A program made the translations under genes and the position numbers. Positions 29,930 through 41,491 of a stretch of 64,000 bases of DNA are shown here, one piece after another. Source of the stretch: an uncultured Planctomycetaceae bacterium (GTDB lineage Bacteria > Planctomycetota > Planctomycetia > Planctomycetales > Planctomycetaceae). The notes under the pieces are model-generated. The model did no database searches and was not told the DNA's origin. It was given only the letters and a program-made list of their open reading frames with translations. Numbering within the stretch: position 1 is the stretch's first letter; every line of letters starts with the position of its first letter. The stretch covers positions 186,001 to 250,000 of the forward strand of contig CAXBME010000003.1 in NCBI GenBank assembly GCA_963976765.1. The letters are read 5' to 3'.

Positions 29930-30427
29930 TTGAGCGATATTGCCGCACTGGATAAAACGGTCTCTCCGTCCGACAAGTTTCGCGAGTACCTGACCACGAA
30001 GCGGAAGAAGTTTACGCGCGAGCGAGAAATCATTCTGGAAGAAGTTTTTTCCGATCACGAGCACTTTGACACAGATCAGCTCGTGTTGCGACTTTCGGGG
30101 CGTGGTGACGGTAAGCAGGTCAGCCGAGCGACTGTCTACCGGACTCTGAGCGCAATGGAAGAGGCCGGATTGCTGCGGAAAGTCGCTCGTCCAAACGGTC
30201 GCGAAGTTTGGGAGCATGACTACGGATACCCTCAGCACGACCACATGGTCTGCAGCCAGTGCGGTGAGCTTTTCGAGTTTCACAACGACGAAATCTCGAC
30301 GCTGATCGAAAGAATTGCGAGTGCTCAGGGGTTTCTGAGAACCAGCCACCGACTGGAAGTTTACGGCACCTGCGCCCCCTGTCGCCGCCCGCAGAAACGC
30401 CGAAACCGTAAACTTGACATGATTTGA
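29930..30427 (+). CDS. Fur-family transcriptional regulator
   Basis: FTREREIIL, HFD, VSRATVYRTL, HDHMVCSQCG, LEVYGTCAPC; GGAGG RBS before TTG. Confidence 0.93.
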   Translation: MSDIAALDKTVSPSDKFREYLTTKRKKFTREREIILEEVFSDHEHFDTDQLVLRLSGRGDGKQVSRATVYRTLSAMEEAGLLRKVARPNGREVWEHDYGYPQHDHMVCSQCGELFEFHNDEISTLIERIASAQGFLRTSHRLEVYGTCAPCRRPQKRRNRKLDMI

Positions 30428-30974
30428 ATGTGTCATTGACGCTGCCTGAGTCCTCAGCAGCTGTGAAATTACGGCCTGAGCAAGCCGACACCCGCGAGGG
30501 ATGAGAGGCTTGCTGGCTTCTTCAGCAGTCCGGAATGAGGGGTTCTCGGTAATTCATTCCGGGAATGGACCTGCTGTCGAGGCCGATGTTCCTCTGTCAC
30601 CGAAAATGTTGCCTGGTGACGGGTTCCGACGCGTTGAGGTGCTTGACGTGGAAGATCCGGGAAACTAGATTCCTGCCTCACTGGACGTCGGAGTTGGGGG
30701 GGGATCAGCGTGGTGCTGGTCGCCCGGTTATTTTTTACGTTCACGCGATGCCATGTTGCAGTGATCGACATTCGGGTTAAGCACTGTAATAGATCGCATT
30801 TTCATTGGGTTTAGGTAGTCGACTCTGCCTTGCTCCTTGAAAGGTTGCCTCCATGTGAGCGATTGACGGCAAGCATCACTCCTTACCTTTGAGATTGTAT
30901 CCTGGGTGAGGAATGAGTTGATGGTGGTATCTATCACCGTTGGCCGGTACCGATCACAGTGGGTGCTGGCGCGC

Positions 30975-31000
30975 AAAGTGGGACTTGTCCCACTTTTTTT
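30975..31000 (+). promoter_or_regulatory. Attenuator/terminator hairpin in the nusA leader (rimP-leader-like)
   Basis: AAAGTGGGAC-TT-GTCCCACTTT perfect inverted repeat running into a T7 tract, about 110 nt upstream of nusA. Confidence 0.7.
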
Positions 31001-31107
31001 GTTGGATGGATCAAAGTTCAAGAGCGGTTATTTGGGGAGTTCAGGACCGGCGAAGTTCGCCGGGAATTGATAGTCCGGCGGTCGGACATCGTTTCGAAAG
31101 GACGGAA

Positions 31108-32610
31108 ATGAACGGTAACGAAGTTCTCAGAGTCGTTGACGCGCTGCACCGCGACAAAAACATCGACAAGGAGATTGTCTTCGAAGGGATCGAACAGGCG
31201 ATCCTCTCTGCCGCCCGTAAGCATTTCGGCGAAGACTTTGAACTGGAAGTTACGGTCGATCGGGAACATGGTGAGCCGACCATTAAGTGTAATGGCCAGG
31301 ATCTTGATCCAGACGAACTCGGCGACATCCTTGGTCGAGTATCTGCCCAGACTGCAAAGCAGGTGATGATTCAGAAGATTCGCGAAGCAGAACGGGATTC
31401 TGTCTTTGACGAGTTTGAGGAGATGAAACACGAACTGGTCGGCGGAACAATTGTTCGCTTCGAGGGCGGAGCGGCAATCGTCAGCATCGGCAAGATTGAA
31501 GCAGTGCTCCCGCGTAGCGAGCAGATTCCAGGTGAAAGCTACCGCACCAACGAACGCGTGCGAGCGATCGTGCTGGAAGTCCGAAAAGCTGGCAGTCGTG
31601 TGAAAGTTATCCTTTCGCGGAAACATCCGGAACTGGTTCTGCGGTTGTTCGAGTCAGAAATTCCGGAAGTCTCGGAAAGAATCATTGAAGTTCGTTCGCT
31701 GGCCCGCGAAGCCGGATATCGATCAAAGGTCGCGGTTTCATGTATCGATAATAAGATTGACCCGGTCGGTGCCTGCGTCGGCGTTCGTGGAGCTCGAATC
31801 CGCACGATCGTTGACGAGCTGGCTGGTGAGCGGGTTGACATTGTTCGGTGGAACGATTCGCTACAGGTTCTTGTCCCGAACTCGATGCAGCCGGCAGAAG
31901 TCGAAGACGTCATTCTTTGCCCGATGCTTGGTCGAGTCATTGTTCTGGTGCGAGACGATCAGTTGTCGCTGGCCATTGGTAAGCGAGGTCAGAACGTCCG
32001 TCTGGCATCGAAACTCGTTGGCTGGGATATCGAAGTGATGACTCAGAACGAGCTGGATGAACAGCTTGAAAAATCGGTGAGGGCGTTCTCAGAAGTTCCG
32101 GGAATTGAAGCCGATCTTGCTGAGAATCTGGTTTCGCAGGGTTTCTTCAGCTTCTACGACCTTTCGGTCATCGAGCCGGATGAGCTCGCTGAACTTGGCG
32201 GATTGACGCCCGAGCAGTGCGACGCAATCGTCGACTTTGCCGATGTTGAGGCTGAAAAGGCTGAAGTGGCCGAGGATAAGAGGAAGTCGGAAGAGGCCCA
32301 GTTGAGAGCGATTGAACGCGAACAACAGGCTGCCGCAGCTGCTGCTCCGCCAGTAGCGGTTGAAGAGTCAGTGGAAACTGCGGAAGATAGTCCGGCTGAG
32401 GAAAGCACTCAGTCAGAAACCGATGCCTCAGTGGAAGTCGACGATGAATCGATTTTGGCTGAAGGTGACGAAGTGACTGAGGATACTGCTGGTGAAGATG
32501 CCGCAGAAGCTGAAGTCTCAGGAGGGGCTGATACAGCAGATTCGGCTGCTGCTGCCGAGGCGTCCGGTGAAGAGCTTGCAGAGTCAGCTCGCGCGGAATC
32601 GGAGTCGTGA
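31108..32610 (+). CDS. nusA: Transcription termination factor NusA
   Basis: [12 protein letters not shown]1 domain, [43 protein letters not shown]; acidic C-terminal tail; start at MNGNEV. Confidence 0.98.
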   Translation: MNGNEVLRVVDALHRDKNIDKEIVFEGIEQAILSAARKHFGEDFELEVTVDREHGEPTIKCNGQDLDPDELGDILGRVSAQTAKQVMIQKIREAERDSVFDEFEEMKHELVGGTIVRFEGGAAIVSIGKIEAVLPRSEQIPGESYRTNERVRAIVLEVRKAGSRVKVILSRKHPELVLRLFESEIPEVSERIIEVRSLAREAGYRSKVAVSCIDNKIDPVGACVGVRGARIRTIVDELAGERVDIVRWNDSLQVLVPNSMQPAEVEDVILCPMLGRVIVLVRDDQLSLAIGKRGQNVRLASKLVGWDIEVMTQNELDEQLEKSVRAFSEVPGIEADLAENLVSQGFFSFYDLSVIEPDELAELGGLTPEQCDAIVDFADVEAEKAEVAEDKRKSEEAQLRAIEREQQAAAAAAPPVAVEESVETAEDSPAEESTQSETDASVEVDDESILAEGDEVTEDTAGEDAAEAEVSGGADTADSAAAAEASGEELAESARAESES

Positions 32611-32676
32611 TGTAAAGAAGATCAGACAGCTAGCGTGTGCTTGAACTTCGGATAGTACACAAAGTGATTGGGGATT

Positions 32677-35472
32677 ATGGCAGATACGGCCACGAAAATT
32701 CGAATCTTCTCGCTCGCCAAAGAACTGGGAATGGACAGCAAGGTGCTCATTGAGCACTGTCGTGCTGCCGGTCTGACAGTTAAGGGGTCGGCGCTTGCGT
32801 CGATCTCACCGGAAGAGAAGGAACTCGTCCTGCGGCAGATGGAAAACGCCAAAGGCGGCGAAAGTGACAATGTCAGCACTGCCGCTGTTGCAGAGACTCC
32901 GTCGCGTGAAGATGTGGCCCGAGACATTGGAGCCCGGATGCGAAGTATTCGCACGATGGTTCCCAGAGACAGGGCGACTATACCTGCGGAGCAGGTGGAA
33001 GAACCGTCTTCCGAAACGGACAGTGCGGACGAGAGCGACTCGATTGAGTCGCAGGCTCTTGCCGTTGACGATCAGGCTGAAGCTGCCCCCCCTGACGGTG
33101 CTCCTGATTCAGTCGCTCCAGACGCTGAAACCGTTGAAACCGACGCATCGGATGGTCCGGCAGTAGTCGATGATTCGCCTGGTGATAGAGCCGTTTCGCA
33201 CAAGCGTGAAGACTACGTCCCATTGCGCGGTGCAACTCGTTCAACAGTCCGCGAAATGCGCCCTCGTGGTACTCCGACTCACTCTGACCAGATGGCTGCT
33301 CGCGAGAACGAGAAGGAGAAGGACAAAGAGAAGGACCGTGGTCGCCCATCGCTTCCTGGACTCGCTCCATTGCCAGCTTTTACGGTTAAAGAACCTAAAA
33401 AAGCGGCTGGCGAGCCAAAAGCTCAAAAGCCTGAAATTCGTCTGACTCCGGGTGAGCTTGATGGCCAGAGCCCATTGGGGGTCCGCGTTAAAGAGGCCGC
33501 CGAGTCAAAGACAACTCGTTCAGGTCGCGGCCGAAAGGTCGAATTCACTGACGAGGATGACAAGGCTAAGGTCGGAACGCTTGACGCTTCACGTCGCGAA
33601 CGCCGTCAAGGGCGGCATCGTCCTCGCATGGATGACGAACGCGAGGTAGCACGTCGAGCACGAAAGCCACGGAAACGCCGCGGCGGCCCAAATCCCGCTG
33701 ACCTGAAGACTTCGGCGACAATCGAAGAACCAATTACTGTCAGAAGTCTGTCAGAAGCGATTGGTCGACCGGCCAAGTCGATTCTTGGCGCACTTTTCAA
33801 ACGCGGACAGATGGTCACGATTAACGAAGGTCTTGATGAAGATACGGCGTGGGAAATTGCCGCTGAGCTGGGCGTCGAGCTGGATGTCCGACGAGGGCAG
33901 ACCAGCGCTGAATTTCTCGACGAGATTTATGACACAGAGGAAGATGAAGGAGCACTGGTCGAGCGTCCGCCGGTAGTGACGATTCTCGGGCACGTTGACC
34001 ACGGCAAAACGTCTTTGCTGGATAAAATTCGAGCGACGGACGTGGCTGGTGGCGAGGCTGGTGGAATCACTCAGCACATTCGTGCGTACCAGATCAATCA
34101 TGCAGGAAAGAAAATTACCTTCGTCGATACACCGGGCCACGCTGCATTCGGTGAAATGCGTGCTCGCGGTGCTAACGTTACAGACATCATCGTTCTGGTG
34201 GTGGCGGCAAATGACAGTGTGATGCCGCAGACCGTTGAATGTATCAGTCACGCAAAGGCTTCCGGTGTGCCTGTCATCGTTGCCATGAATAAGTTTGACC
34301 TGCCTGATATCAACGAACAAAGAATTCTCAGTGACTTGTCGACTAACGGTGTTCAGCCTCAGGAGTGGGGCGGCGATATCGAAGTGGTTCGAACGTCGGC
34401 AATGACTGGGCAAGGGATTGATGACCTGCTCGAAACCATTCTGCTGACGGCGGAAATCAGCGAGCTGAAAGCAAATCCCGATTGCAACAGTGTCGGTGTC
34501 TGTCTGGAAGCATTTCGAGACGAAGGTGTTGGTCCGATAGCCTGGCTGATTGTCGAGCGAGGGACGCTTCGCGTCGGTGACGCCATCGTTTGTGGCGACG
34601 CCTTTGGACGCATTCGTGCTTTGTATAATGATCGCGGCGAAATTGTTGACGAGGTCGGCCCGTCCACGCCGGTCAAGCTGACAGGTCTCGATGTTGTTCC
34701 TGGTGCGGGCGACCGATTCTTCGTGCTTGATGACCTTGATCGCGCTCGAGCGGTAGCAGAAGAAAACCGTCAGGTTGGTCGTGAAACAATGCTGGCGATG
34801 CGGAATCGACCACGAACGCTTGACGACGTCCTCGATGCCGCGAGAGAAGGTGACATCCAGGATCTGAATGTGATCCTGAAAGCTGATACGCAAGGGTCCA
34901 TTGAGGCGCTTCGTGGCGAGCTTGATAAGTTTGAGCATCCGGAAGTTCGCGTCAGAATTCTTCATAGTGCCGTTGGCGGTGTAAACGAGAGCGACGTTTA
35001 CCTGGCAAGTGCATCCGATGCGATTATTGTGGCCTTCCACGTCATTGCTGAAGACCGTGCCCGACAACTGGCAGATCGGGAAGGCGTTGAAATTCGCCGG
35101 TACGAGATCATCTACGAAGTTATTGATCAGATTAAACGCACGCTGGAAGGTTTGTTGATTCCAGAGAAAGTGCAGGTGCCAACGGGTCGAGCACTTGTCA
35201 TGCAGACCTTCAGTGTCAGCAAGTACGGCACGATTGCTGGTTGCCGGGTACTGAATGGTACGATCGATCGTTCAAACCGAGTCCACGTGATTCGCGACCA
35301 GACAATCCTGAACGACTACTCGATCGCATCTCTCAAACGCGTTAAAGACGATGCGAAAGAAGTCCGGGAAGGCATGGAGTGTGGTATTCGACTGGACGGA
35401 TTTAACGATGTCAAAGAGGGCGACCTGCTTGAGGCGTACCGAATTGATACGGTGAAGCGAACGCTTGAATAG
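32677..35472 (+). CDS. infB: Translation initiation factor IF-2
   Basis: [62 protein letters not shown]. Confidence 0.99.
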   Translation: MADTATKIRIFSLAKELGMDSKVLIEHCRAAGLTVKGSALASISPEEKELVLRQMENAKGGESDNVSTAAVAETPSREDVARDIGARMRSIRTMVPRDRATIPAEQVEEPSSETDSADESDSIESQALAVDDQAEAAPPDGAPDSVAPDAETVETDASDGPAVVDDSPGDRAVSHKREDYVPLRGATRSTVREMRPRGTPTHSDQMAARENEKEKDKEKDRGRPSLPGLAPLPAFTVKEPKKAAGEPKAQKPEIRLTPGELDGQSPLGVRVKEAAESKTTRSGRGRKVEFTDEDDKAKVGTLDASRRERRQGRHRPRMDDEREVARRARKPRKRRGGPNPADLKTSATIEEPITVRSLSEAIGRPAKSILGALFKRGQMVTINEGLDEDTAWEIAAELGVELDVRRGQTSAEFLDEIYDTEEDEGALVERPPVVTILGHVDHGKTSLLDKIRATDVAGGEAGGITQHIRAYQINHAGKKITFVDTPGHAAFGEMRARGANVTDIIVLVVAANDSVMPQTVECISHAKASGVPVIVAMNKFDLPDINEQRILSDLSTNGVQPQEWGGDIEVVRTSAMTGQGIDDLLETILLTAEISELKANPDCNSVGVCLEAFRDEGVGPIAWLIVERGTLRVGDAIVCGDAFGRIRALYNDRGEIVDEVGPSTPVKLTGLDVVPGAGDRFFVLDDLDRARAVAEENRQVGRETMLAMRNRPRTLDDVLDAAREGDIQDLNVILKADTQGSIEALRGELDKFEHPEVRVRILHSAVGGVNESDVYLASASDAIIVAFHVIAEDRARQLADREGVEIRRYEIIYEVIDQIKRTLEGLLIPEKVQVPTGRALVMQTFSVSKYGTIAGCRVLNGTIDRSNRVHVIRDQTILNDYSIASLKRVKDDAKEVREGMECGIRLDGFNDVKEGDLLEAYRIDTVKRTLE

Positions 35473-35593
35473 AAATTGGTTGTTTGATCTGCGGCGAGGA
35501 TCGTCGTTGGGTCTGGCCAGACAGGTGGGTGTGTCGTCAGTAATCTGGTGAGCAAAACCTGGTGGCCAACTATAGGATTAACAGGCTTTTCGT

Positions 35594-36064
35594 ATGGTAT
35601 CACGTCGGGTTGCTCGACTTTCACAGGCTGTTCGCGAAGTCGTTTCGACCGCGATTCTATTTAGTATTCGTGACCCTCGAGTCAAAAACGTTACGGTTTT
35701 GCGGGTCGAAGTTGCTGGAGACGTTCGGACCGCAAAAGTCTTCGTTTCAGTAATGGGTACTGAAAAGGAGCGAGCGTTGTGTCTTCATGGATTGAACGCT
35801 TCGCGAGGTTTCCTTCAGTCAAAGATCGCTGATCGCATCGAAACGCGATACACACCCGTATTGAAATTCGTCCTTGACGATGCCGTTTCGTCGCAAGCGG
35901 AAGAAGCCGCTCGAATTCTTCAGGAACTGGAGAATGAACGGCGCGAACGCGAGGGGGACTCTAACGTTGACCATCTCTTAATGGACGTAGAGTCTGATCG
36001 TGTCGAAACTGGCGAATCCGATGTCGATGGTTTCGTGGACGTGGCTGAGGGCGACGAAGAGTGA
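35594..36064 (+). CDS. rbfA: Ribosome-binding factor A
   Basis: [29 protein letters not shown]; follows infB. Confidence 0.96.
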   Translation: MVSRRVARLSQAVREVVSTAILFSIRDPRVKNVTVLRVEVAGDVRTAKVFVSVMGTEKERALCLHGLNASRGFLQSKIADRIETRYTPVLKFVLDDAVSSQAEEAARILQELENERREREGDSNVDHLLMDVESDRVETGESDVDGFVDVAEGDEE

Positions 36065-36188
36065 AATCGTTTTTGTCTGGTTACAGGAAGTTCAACGCCT
36101 GCTGGTCTTCACTCAGTCTTTGACTCATGGCTTTAGAATCGTCTAACCCGCAAAGTTACTTCAGAATTGAGATGACTTCAGGATAATC

Positions 36189-37202
36189 ATGGCCGCAGTG
36201 AAATCGAAAACTCCGGATAAGTCCAAAGTCCTTGCACGTCTCCTCAAACTCTTGAAAAAAGAGTTCGGCGGGTTACCGAAACGTGAACAGCTTCCGGTTC
36301 TGGAATCGATGGTGTTTGCGGCCTGTCTGGAAAACTCATCTTACGAAGCCGCGGACGCAGCATTTGGTCGTTTGAAGAACGACTTCTTTGACTGGAACGA
36401 GGTTCGAGTCAGCACGATCTCCGAACTGGAGCCAGTCTTTGAAGGTGTGCACGAGCCGGAATGGTGTGCGATGCGTGTCCGCTACCTGCTCTATTACGTC
36501 TTCGACCACCAGTTTTCGTACGACTTTGACGGTATCAAGAAGAAACCCTTTGAGCTTGCGTTCAAGCAGGTCTCAAAAATCAAACACCTGACTCCATTTT
36601 GCCGCAACTACATGCTTCAAAAGTGTCTCGGCAATCATGTGATTCCTGTCGACGACAAGATGGTCCGAACCGCAATCTGGCTTGGCTTGATTCCAGTCGG
36701 AGCAGATGAAGACAGCGGAGCCGAGCTGCTCAAAGGATTCATTCGAAAAGCGGACGCTCCTGAATTTATCTGGTTGCTGAAGTCGTTGTCTGTGTCTCGG
36801 CACGGGGAATCGATTCTTGAGATGTCGCCGAAAGGTGACAATCCAGAACTGGAGTTCGACCTTGGCGATGCAGAGGAGCGATTGAACGATGTCTTGAGCG
36901 GGCGTGCTCGAAAGAGGCTTCAGTCAGCTAAAAGATCCGCAGACAAGAAGGCGGAGGAAGAACTGGCTGCGAAGAAAAAGGCTGCGTCCGCAAGAGCCGC
37001 CGCGAAGAAGAAAACGAAGACAAAAACAAAGAGCAAGCCAGGTGCAACGCCACCGGCTAAAACGAAGACGGCGACCAAATCGGCAGCAAAGAAAAAGACG
37101 GCAACCAAATCAGCTGCTAAGAAAAAGACAACGACCAGGAAAAAGACTGCGGGAAGCAAAACAGCGGCTAAGAAGAAGACGACCAGGAAGAAAAGTCGCT
37201 AG
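36189..37202 (+). CDS. Endonuclease III (HhH-GPD)-fold protein with a Lys/Ala/Thr-rich histone-like tail
   Basis: AFGRLKNDFFDWNEVRVS and LGNHVIPVD...RTAIWLGL resemble the EndoIII fold; no 4Fe-4S Cys cluster; last ~100 aa dominated by K/A/T repeats. Confidence 0.7.
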   Translation: MAAVKSKTPDKSKVLARLLKLLKKEFGGLPKREQLPVLESMVFAACLENSSYEAADAAFGRLKNDFFDWNEVRVSTISELEPVFEGVHEPEWCAMRVRYLLYYVFDHQFSYDFDGIKKKPFELAFKQVSKIKHLTPFCRNYMLQKCLGNHVIPVDDKMVRTAIWLGLIPVGADEDSGAELLKGFIRKADAPEFIWLLKSLSVSRHGESILEMSPKGDNPELEFDLGDAEERLNDVLSGRARKRLQSAKRSADKKAEEELAAKKKAASARAAAKKKTKTKTKSKPGATPPAKTKTATKSAAKKKTATKSAAKKKTTTRKKTAGSKTAAKKKTTRKKSR

Positions 37203-37344
37203 TTCATCTTTGTGGTTTCGATGCAGAAACTGCTGTCCTGAAAATTCGTCGTTTGCCAGTCGTGCTTCCGGTAGAGCTTTGAGCCTCGTCTGGGGCAGTC
37301 TGATTAGCTTGCGTTGTGTGTCGTGCCTGTAGCGGAATTTAAGA

Positions 37345-37653
37345 ATGTTGAGCGTCATTGCAGAAATTGAAGTTGTTGCCGGTAAACGCGATGACTTTCT
37401 GGCCGAGTTTCACAAGCTGGTTCCGCTGGTTCTGGCTGAGGATGGTTGTGTCGAATATGGGCCGACCATTGATGCGGAGACAGACATCCCCGCCCAGATT
37501 CCTCGGCGAGACAACATTGTCACGATCGTCGAAAAGTGGGAGAGCCTCGCTCATTTGAAGGCGCATCTCGTGGCGCCGCACATGACCGAATACCGTGTGC
37601 GGGTCAAAGAGCTTGTTGTGAAGGCAGTTCTGCGAATTCTCGATGCCGCATGA
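37345..37653 (+). CDS. ABM-domain putative quinol monooxygenase (YgiN-like)
   Basis: VLAEDGCVEYGPTID, IVEKWESLAHLKAHLVAPHM. Confidence 0.9.
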   Translation: MLSVIAEIEVVAGKRDDFLAEFHKLVPLVLAEDGCVEYGPTIDAETDIPAQIPRRDNIVTIVEKWESLAHLKAHLVAPHMTEYRVRVKELVVKAVLRILDAA

Positions 37654-37707
37654 TCAGCCTGATTGCCGATACCATGAATTCTGCCACCGCGTGAATGAGT
37701 GGCCGCG

Positions 37708-38850
37708 ATGAGTGTTCCCCTGAAATTTGACAGCCCGATCGCCGTCATGCGGCACGCGATTGAGCTTGCGTCGCGCGGGCTGGGCCGGGTCGAGCCTAAT
37801 CCTGCGGTGGGAGCCGTCCTTGTTGACGAGCATTTGAATCTTCTGGCAGACGGCTATCACGAACGCTTTGGTGGTCCGCATGCTGAAGCGAATGCTCTGT
37901 CAGACTTTGCGGCTCGATTTGAAGATTCGCAGGTTCGAAAAGAGCTGCTGACGAACGCGACGCTTTACGTCACGCTTGAACCGTGCTGCCACCACGGAAA
38001 GACTCCCCCCTGTTCAGAAGCCGTGATCAACGCGGGGGTTCGGCGAGTGTCGGTTGGGATCAGAGACCCGTCGCCGCATGTCGCAGGGGGAGGCATTCAA
38101 CAATTGCAGTCGGCTGGCGTTGATGTTTCAACCGGGCTGGCGGAAGAGCAGGTTCTCGAGTTGAACGCTCCGTTCCTTAAGCGACTGGCGACAGGGTTGC
38201 CGTGGGTTCACACCAAGTGGGCCATGACGCTTGACGGGAAGATTGCGACTCGCACCGGAATGTCGAAATGGATTTCAAGCGAAGCTTCGCGGCAACGGGT
38301 ACACCTTCTGCGCGGGCGGATGGATGCCATCATCGTTGGGGCAGGCACAGCGAGAGCCGATGATCCATTGCTCACCGTACGCGTCCCTGGACCTCGCACG
38401 CCGGTTCGAGTTGTCGTTGATTCGGCAGCGACTCTCCCGCTCGACAGCCAACTCGTTCAAACGGTAACCGATGCACCCGTGCTGGTTGCCGTGACAGAGA
38501 ACGCCCCCGTGGAGCGCGTTGAATCCTTGCGCAATGCAGGTGTCGAGGTCATTGTTGCTGGTGGTGCCGGTGAAAAAGTTGACCTGACGAAGTTGTTGAG
38601 GGAGCTAGGCGGTCGCTCAATGACCAATGTTCTGATCGAGGGCGGTGGTGAATTGCTGGGAGCCGCGTTCGACGCCGCTCTTGTTGATGAAGCGCACGTT
38701 TTTGTCGCTCCCAGGTTTGCAGGTGGTAATGCGGCTGTCACTCCGGTTGGAGGAGTCGGCGTCGAGGTGATTTCGGAAGCCAGTCAGCTTCGAAACCAGA
38801 CGGTCGAGCAGGTCGGCGACGATGTTTACATCCATGGCAGGCTGCATTGA
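37708..38850 (+). CDS. ribD: Riboflavin biosynthesis deaminase/reductase
   Basis: PNPAVGAV, GPHAE, YVTLEPCCHHGKTPPC, KWAMTLDGKIA, DDPLLT, VLIEGG. Confidence 0.97.
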   Translation: MSVPLKFDSPIAVMRHAIELASRGLGRVEPNPAVGAVLVDEHLNLLADGYHERFGGPHAEANALSDFAARFEDSQVRKELLTNATLYVTLEPCCHHGKTPPCSEAVINAGVRRVSVGIRDPSPHVAGGGIQQLQSAGVDVSTGLAEEQVLELNAPFLKRLATGLPWVHTKWAMTLDGKIATRTGMSKWISSEASRQRVHLLRGRMDAIIVGAGTARADDPLLTVRVPGPRTPVRVVVDSAATLPLDSQLVQTVTDAPVLVAVTENAPVERVESLRNAGVEVIVAGGAGEKVDLTKLLRELGGRSMTNVLIEGGGELLGAAFDAALVDEAHVFVAPRFAGGNAAVTPVGGVGVEVISEASQLRNQTVEQVGDDVYIHGRLH

Positions 38851-40067
38851 TCGCTACGGCGCCGAGTCAGAGATCGAGGGACGCCATGCACCGGGTTGCG
38901 ATTCTGATCGAGTATCCAACGGTTAACGGCGGTGAAAATTCGATACTGGCCGGGTTGCGGTACTTGCTTGCCTGTCCGAAATTGGGTTTCGAGTTCTGCG
39001 TTCTCGGCCCGACCGAGGGACCGATGCCCGAGCGGATTTCAGAACTCGGCATCCCGATCGAACCATTGACTCTTTTTGACAAAGCGGGAATTCGTCTTCC
39101 ACGAGAGCTGGCGATTCCCCGATTACTGGCCGCAGCAAAGACTTCTGGAGCAGACCTCGTTCACGGCAACAGTCTGGCGATGGGCCGATTACTCGGGGCG
39201 GCTTCGCGCGAATCACCGACGTTTGTCACCACGTCACATTTGCGAGACATCATGAAGTTGAGTCGCGCAGCGATCACCGATTTGAATGCGAACCGTCGAC
39301 TGATTGCGGTTTCCCAGGCAACGCTGCAGTTTCATATCAGGCAAGGACTGGATCAGTCATCAGGAACTGTCATTCTCAACGGCATTGATTCGGATCGTTT
39401 TACAGCGGAATGCTCGACGCGAGCAAAGATTCGCAACGAGCTCGGAATTGCAGAGGACGCGATCGTCCTGCTGACTGTGGGACAGATCGGGATCCGGAAA
39501 GGGCTCGACACTCTAGCTGAGGTGGGGCAGACGCTCGCTCAAACCCGAACGGGGCTGCACTGGCTGCTGGCGGGGGAGCGATTTTCTCAGAAAGCGGAGA
39601 GCGTCGAATTTGAGACGGAGATCCTGAAGCGATTCATGGTTTGCGAGCCCGCATTGAGACTTCACCGGCTGGGTTACCGTCGAGACGTGCCCGACTTGAT
39701 GCGGGCATCAGACGTGCTGGTGCACGGGGCCAGGCAGGAGCCGCTTGGACGTGTTCTGCTGGAAGCGGCGGCGTCCGAGCTGGCAATCGTGGCGACGGAT
39801 GTCGGTGGGACAGGTGAAATTATCGTTGATGGTGAATCCGGGTTGCTCGTGCCTGCCGATGCTCCGGGAAAAATGGCTGCGGCGATTGACAGGTTAATCG
39901 ACGATGGAAGATTTCGTCGGCAGCTCGCGTCGGGCGGTCATTGCAGAATTCAAGGCAACTTTGGAATTGCGAAGTCCGCTGAAGCTCTTGCAGAAGTCTG
40001 GCGGTCGGTGATCATTTCGGCTGAACAGGACCGTTTGATGAACGATGACCAAGATCGCAAGGAGTGA
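38847..40067 (+). CDS. Glycosyltransferase family 4
   Basis: GGE, ILNGID, RKG, GYRRDVPDLMRASD, EPLGRVLLEAAA, ATDVGGTGE. Start may be ATG 38887. Confidence 0.92.
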   Translation: MIATAPSQRSRDAMHRVAILIEYPTVNGGENSILAGLRYLLACPKLGFEFCVLGPTEGPMPERISELGIPIEPLTLFDKAGIRLPRELAIPRLLAAAKTSGADLVHGNSLAMGRLLGAASRESPTFVTTSHLRDIMKLSRAAITDLNANRRLIAVSQATLQFHIRQGLDQSSGTVILNGIDSDRFTAECSTRAKIRNELGIAEDAIVLLTVGQIGIRKGLDTLAEVGQTLAQTRTGLHWLLAGERFSQKAESVEFETEILKRFMVCEPALRLHRLGYRRDVPDLMRASDVLVHGARQEPLGRVLLEAAASELAIVATDVGGTGEIIVDGESGLLVPADAPGKMAAAIDRLIDDGRFRRQLASGGHCRIQGNFGIAKSAEALAEVWRSVIISAEQDRLMNDDQDRKE

Positions 40068-40376
40068 GGCAGGCTGCGAAGATCGAATCGAGCCGCAAGC
40101 GTTCGTGCAAAGTGCTCAGCGCATAAAAGAGTCGACCGGAAGCATAGGCGCTCGTCCAAAAACTGCCCAACGAGGGAAGTTCTCAGCTACACCTCCAGTC
40201 GACGCTCTTCAGACAGTCGCAATCGGCGTGCCGAGTCTTTCTGAAATGTATATTGAGTCGTAAGTTGCTTATGAAGTGACATTTAGGTGAATTCAGCTGG
40301 CGTTTACTGATGAGCCGGTGTGCTCGCTGCCTCGAAAGCAGGCTCGCATGCCGAAATCGCAGGCGGCAAGGGAAAC

Positions 40377-41396
40377 ATGGTGAAGAGCCAGAACTCCGAC
40401 ATGGCAGTTGATCGGCGGGTCAGCAGATTTTCACGCTGGCAAACATGGGCGGTTTGCTGCACGGTTGCTGCGGCAGCGGTGGTCTGGGCCGCCGGAACGT
40501 TGTTGTCGGTGACGGTTCAGGATGAGGTTCCAGTTTTTTCAGGTGCCTGGTATGCATTGCCGACTCCTGTTCTGGCATTCGCCGGGGCGATTACGTGCGC
40601 AGCGTGTTTTCGATGGGCGAAGGATTGTCGGGTAACCGGAGCGTGCCTGCTCCTGCTGGAGATGCAGCTGATCGTTTGGGGTGGCCAGGTTTTCCGTCGT
40701 TCGAGCGTTGAGCCTCCGGATGATTCGCAGCGGTTTGTGTTCTGGAACGTGTGCCGAGGAAACTTCGGATACGACGAGGCAGCTCGTGAGCTTGCCGGTT
40801 CTGACGCCGACATCATCGCTCTTGTGGAGGCGACGGAGCAGGCCGAGTACCCCGATTTCTGGACGTCGCGGATTCCTGGTTATTCAGCCCGACGGCTTGG
40901 TTCAGGGATGATGATCCTTTGCCGCGGCGAAATCCTGGCCGTGAAACCTGGCAACGTGACCGTTTCCGAAGAGCCTGAAGCGGTCTGTCGTTACCGGGTG
41001 ATTTCGCTCCGCGTTTACGGCACCGAGATGCGGGTTCTGCTGATGGACGTGAAGTCTGACCCATTGATGTTTCGCAAGCCGGTATTTGATCGACTAGCAA
41101 AGCTGGCTGGCGAGCTTTCTGATCAGCCGTTGATCGTCGCGGCGGACTTTAACACGCCCATCAATTCAGTATGGGTCGACCTGTTGCGGAGTCGGTTGAC
41201 GAATTCTTTTGAAGCAGCCGGAGAGGGCTACCGCGAAACCTGGCCGACTTTTTTCCCAGTACTGTGTCTTGATCAGGTCTGGGGAAACGACCGAGTCCTG
41301 TGGCAACGGTCGCGCCACGGCTGGTCACTTCGGTCTGACCACCGATCCGTGACAGCAGAATTTTCTGTCGTGCCGTCAGCCGGCGCTGCCCGCTGA
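40377..41396 (+). CDS. Membrane-anchored endonuclease/exonuclease/phosphatase family protein
   Basis: N-terminal TM helices; FWNV, DIIALVE, ADFN, LDQV, SDH motifs. Start uncertain (40377 or 40401). Confidence 0.85.
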   Translation: MVKSQNSDMAVDRRVSRFSRWQTWAVCCTVAAAAVVWAAGTLLSVTVQDEVPVFSGAWYALPTPVLAFAGAITCAACFRWAKDCRVTGACLLLLEMQLIVWGGQVFRRSSVEPPDDSQRFVFWNVCRGNFGYDEAARELAGSDADIIALVEATEQAEYPDFWTSRIPGYSARRLGSGMMILCRGEILAVKPGNVTVSEEPEAVCRYRVISLRVYGTEMRVLLMDVKSDPLMFRKPVFDRLAKLAGELSDQPLIVAADFNTPINSVWVDLLRSRLTNSFEAAGEGYRETWPTFFPVLCLDQVWGNDRVLWQRSRHGWSLRSDHRSVTAEFSVVPSAGAAR

Positions 41397-41491
41397 ACTG
41401 GTCGGAGCGGGCAGCGCGCTTCAGGCTGATTGAGAAATAATCTGCAGTCGGTTGCGCTGGCCGAAAACAGCCGTGCCGAACAGCCGTTGAG

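Noticed and set aside
29330..29930. Sigma-28 promoter near flgM/fur (GCCGATAC at about 29795)
   Set aside because: No properly spaced TAAA -35 element; unsupported.
33751..35067. 438-aa minus-strand ORF
   Set aside because: Antisense shadow of infB.
37000..37200. Short tandem repeats as a possible CRISPR array or VNTR
   Set aside because: They are in-frame coding repeats of a Lys-rich tail, with no unique spacers and no cas genes.
30430..40000. Apparent shift to more T-ending codons around nusA-infB as a sign of horizontal transfer
   Set aside because: The genes are core housekeeping; expression-related codon bias or strand skew is a simpler explanation, and I could not quantify it.
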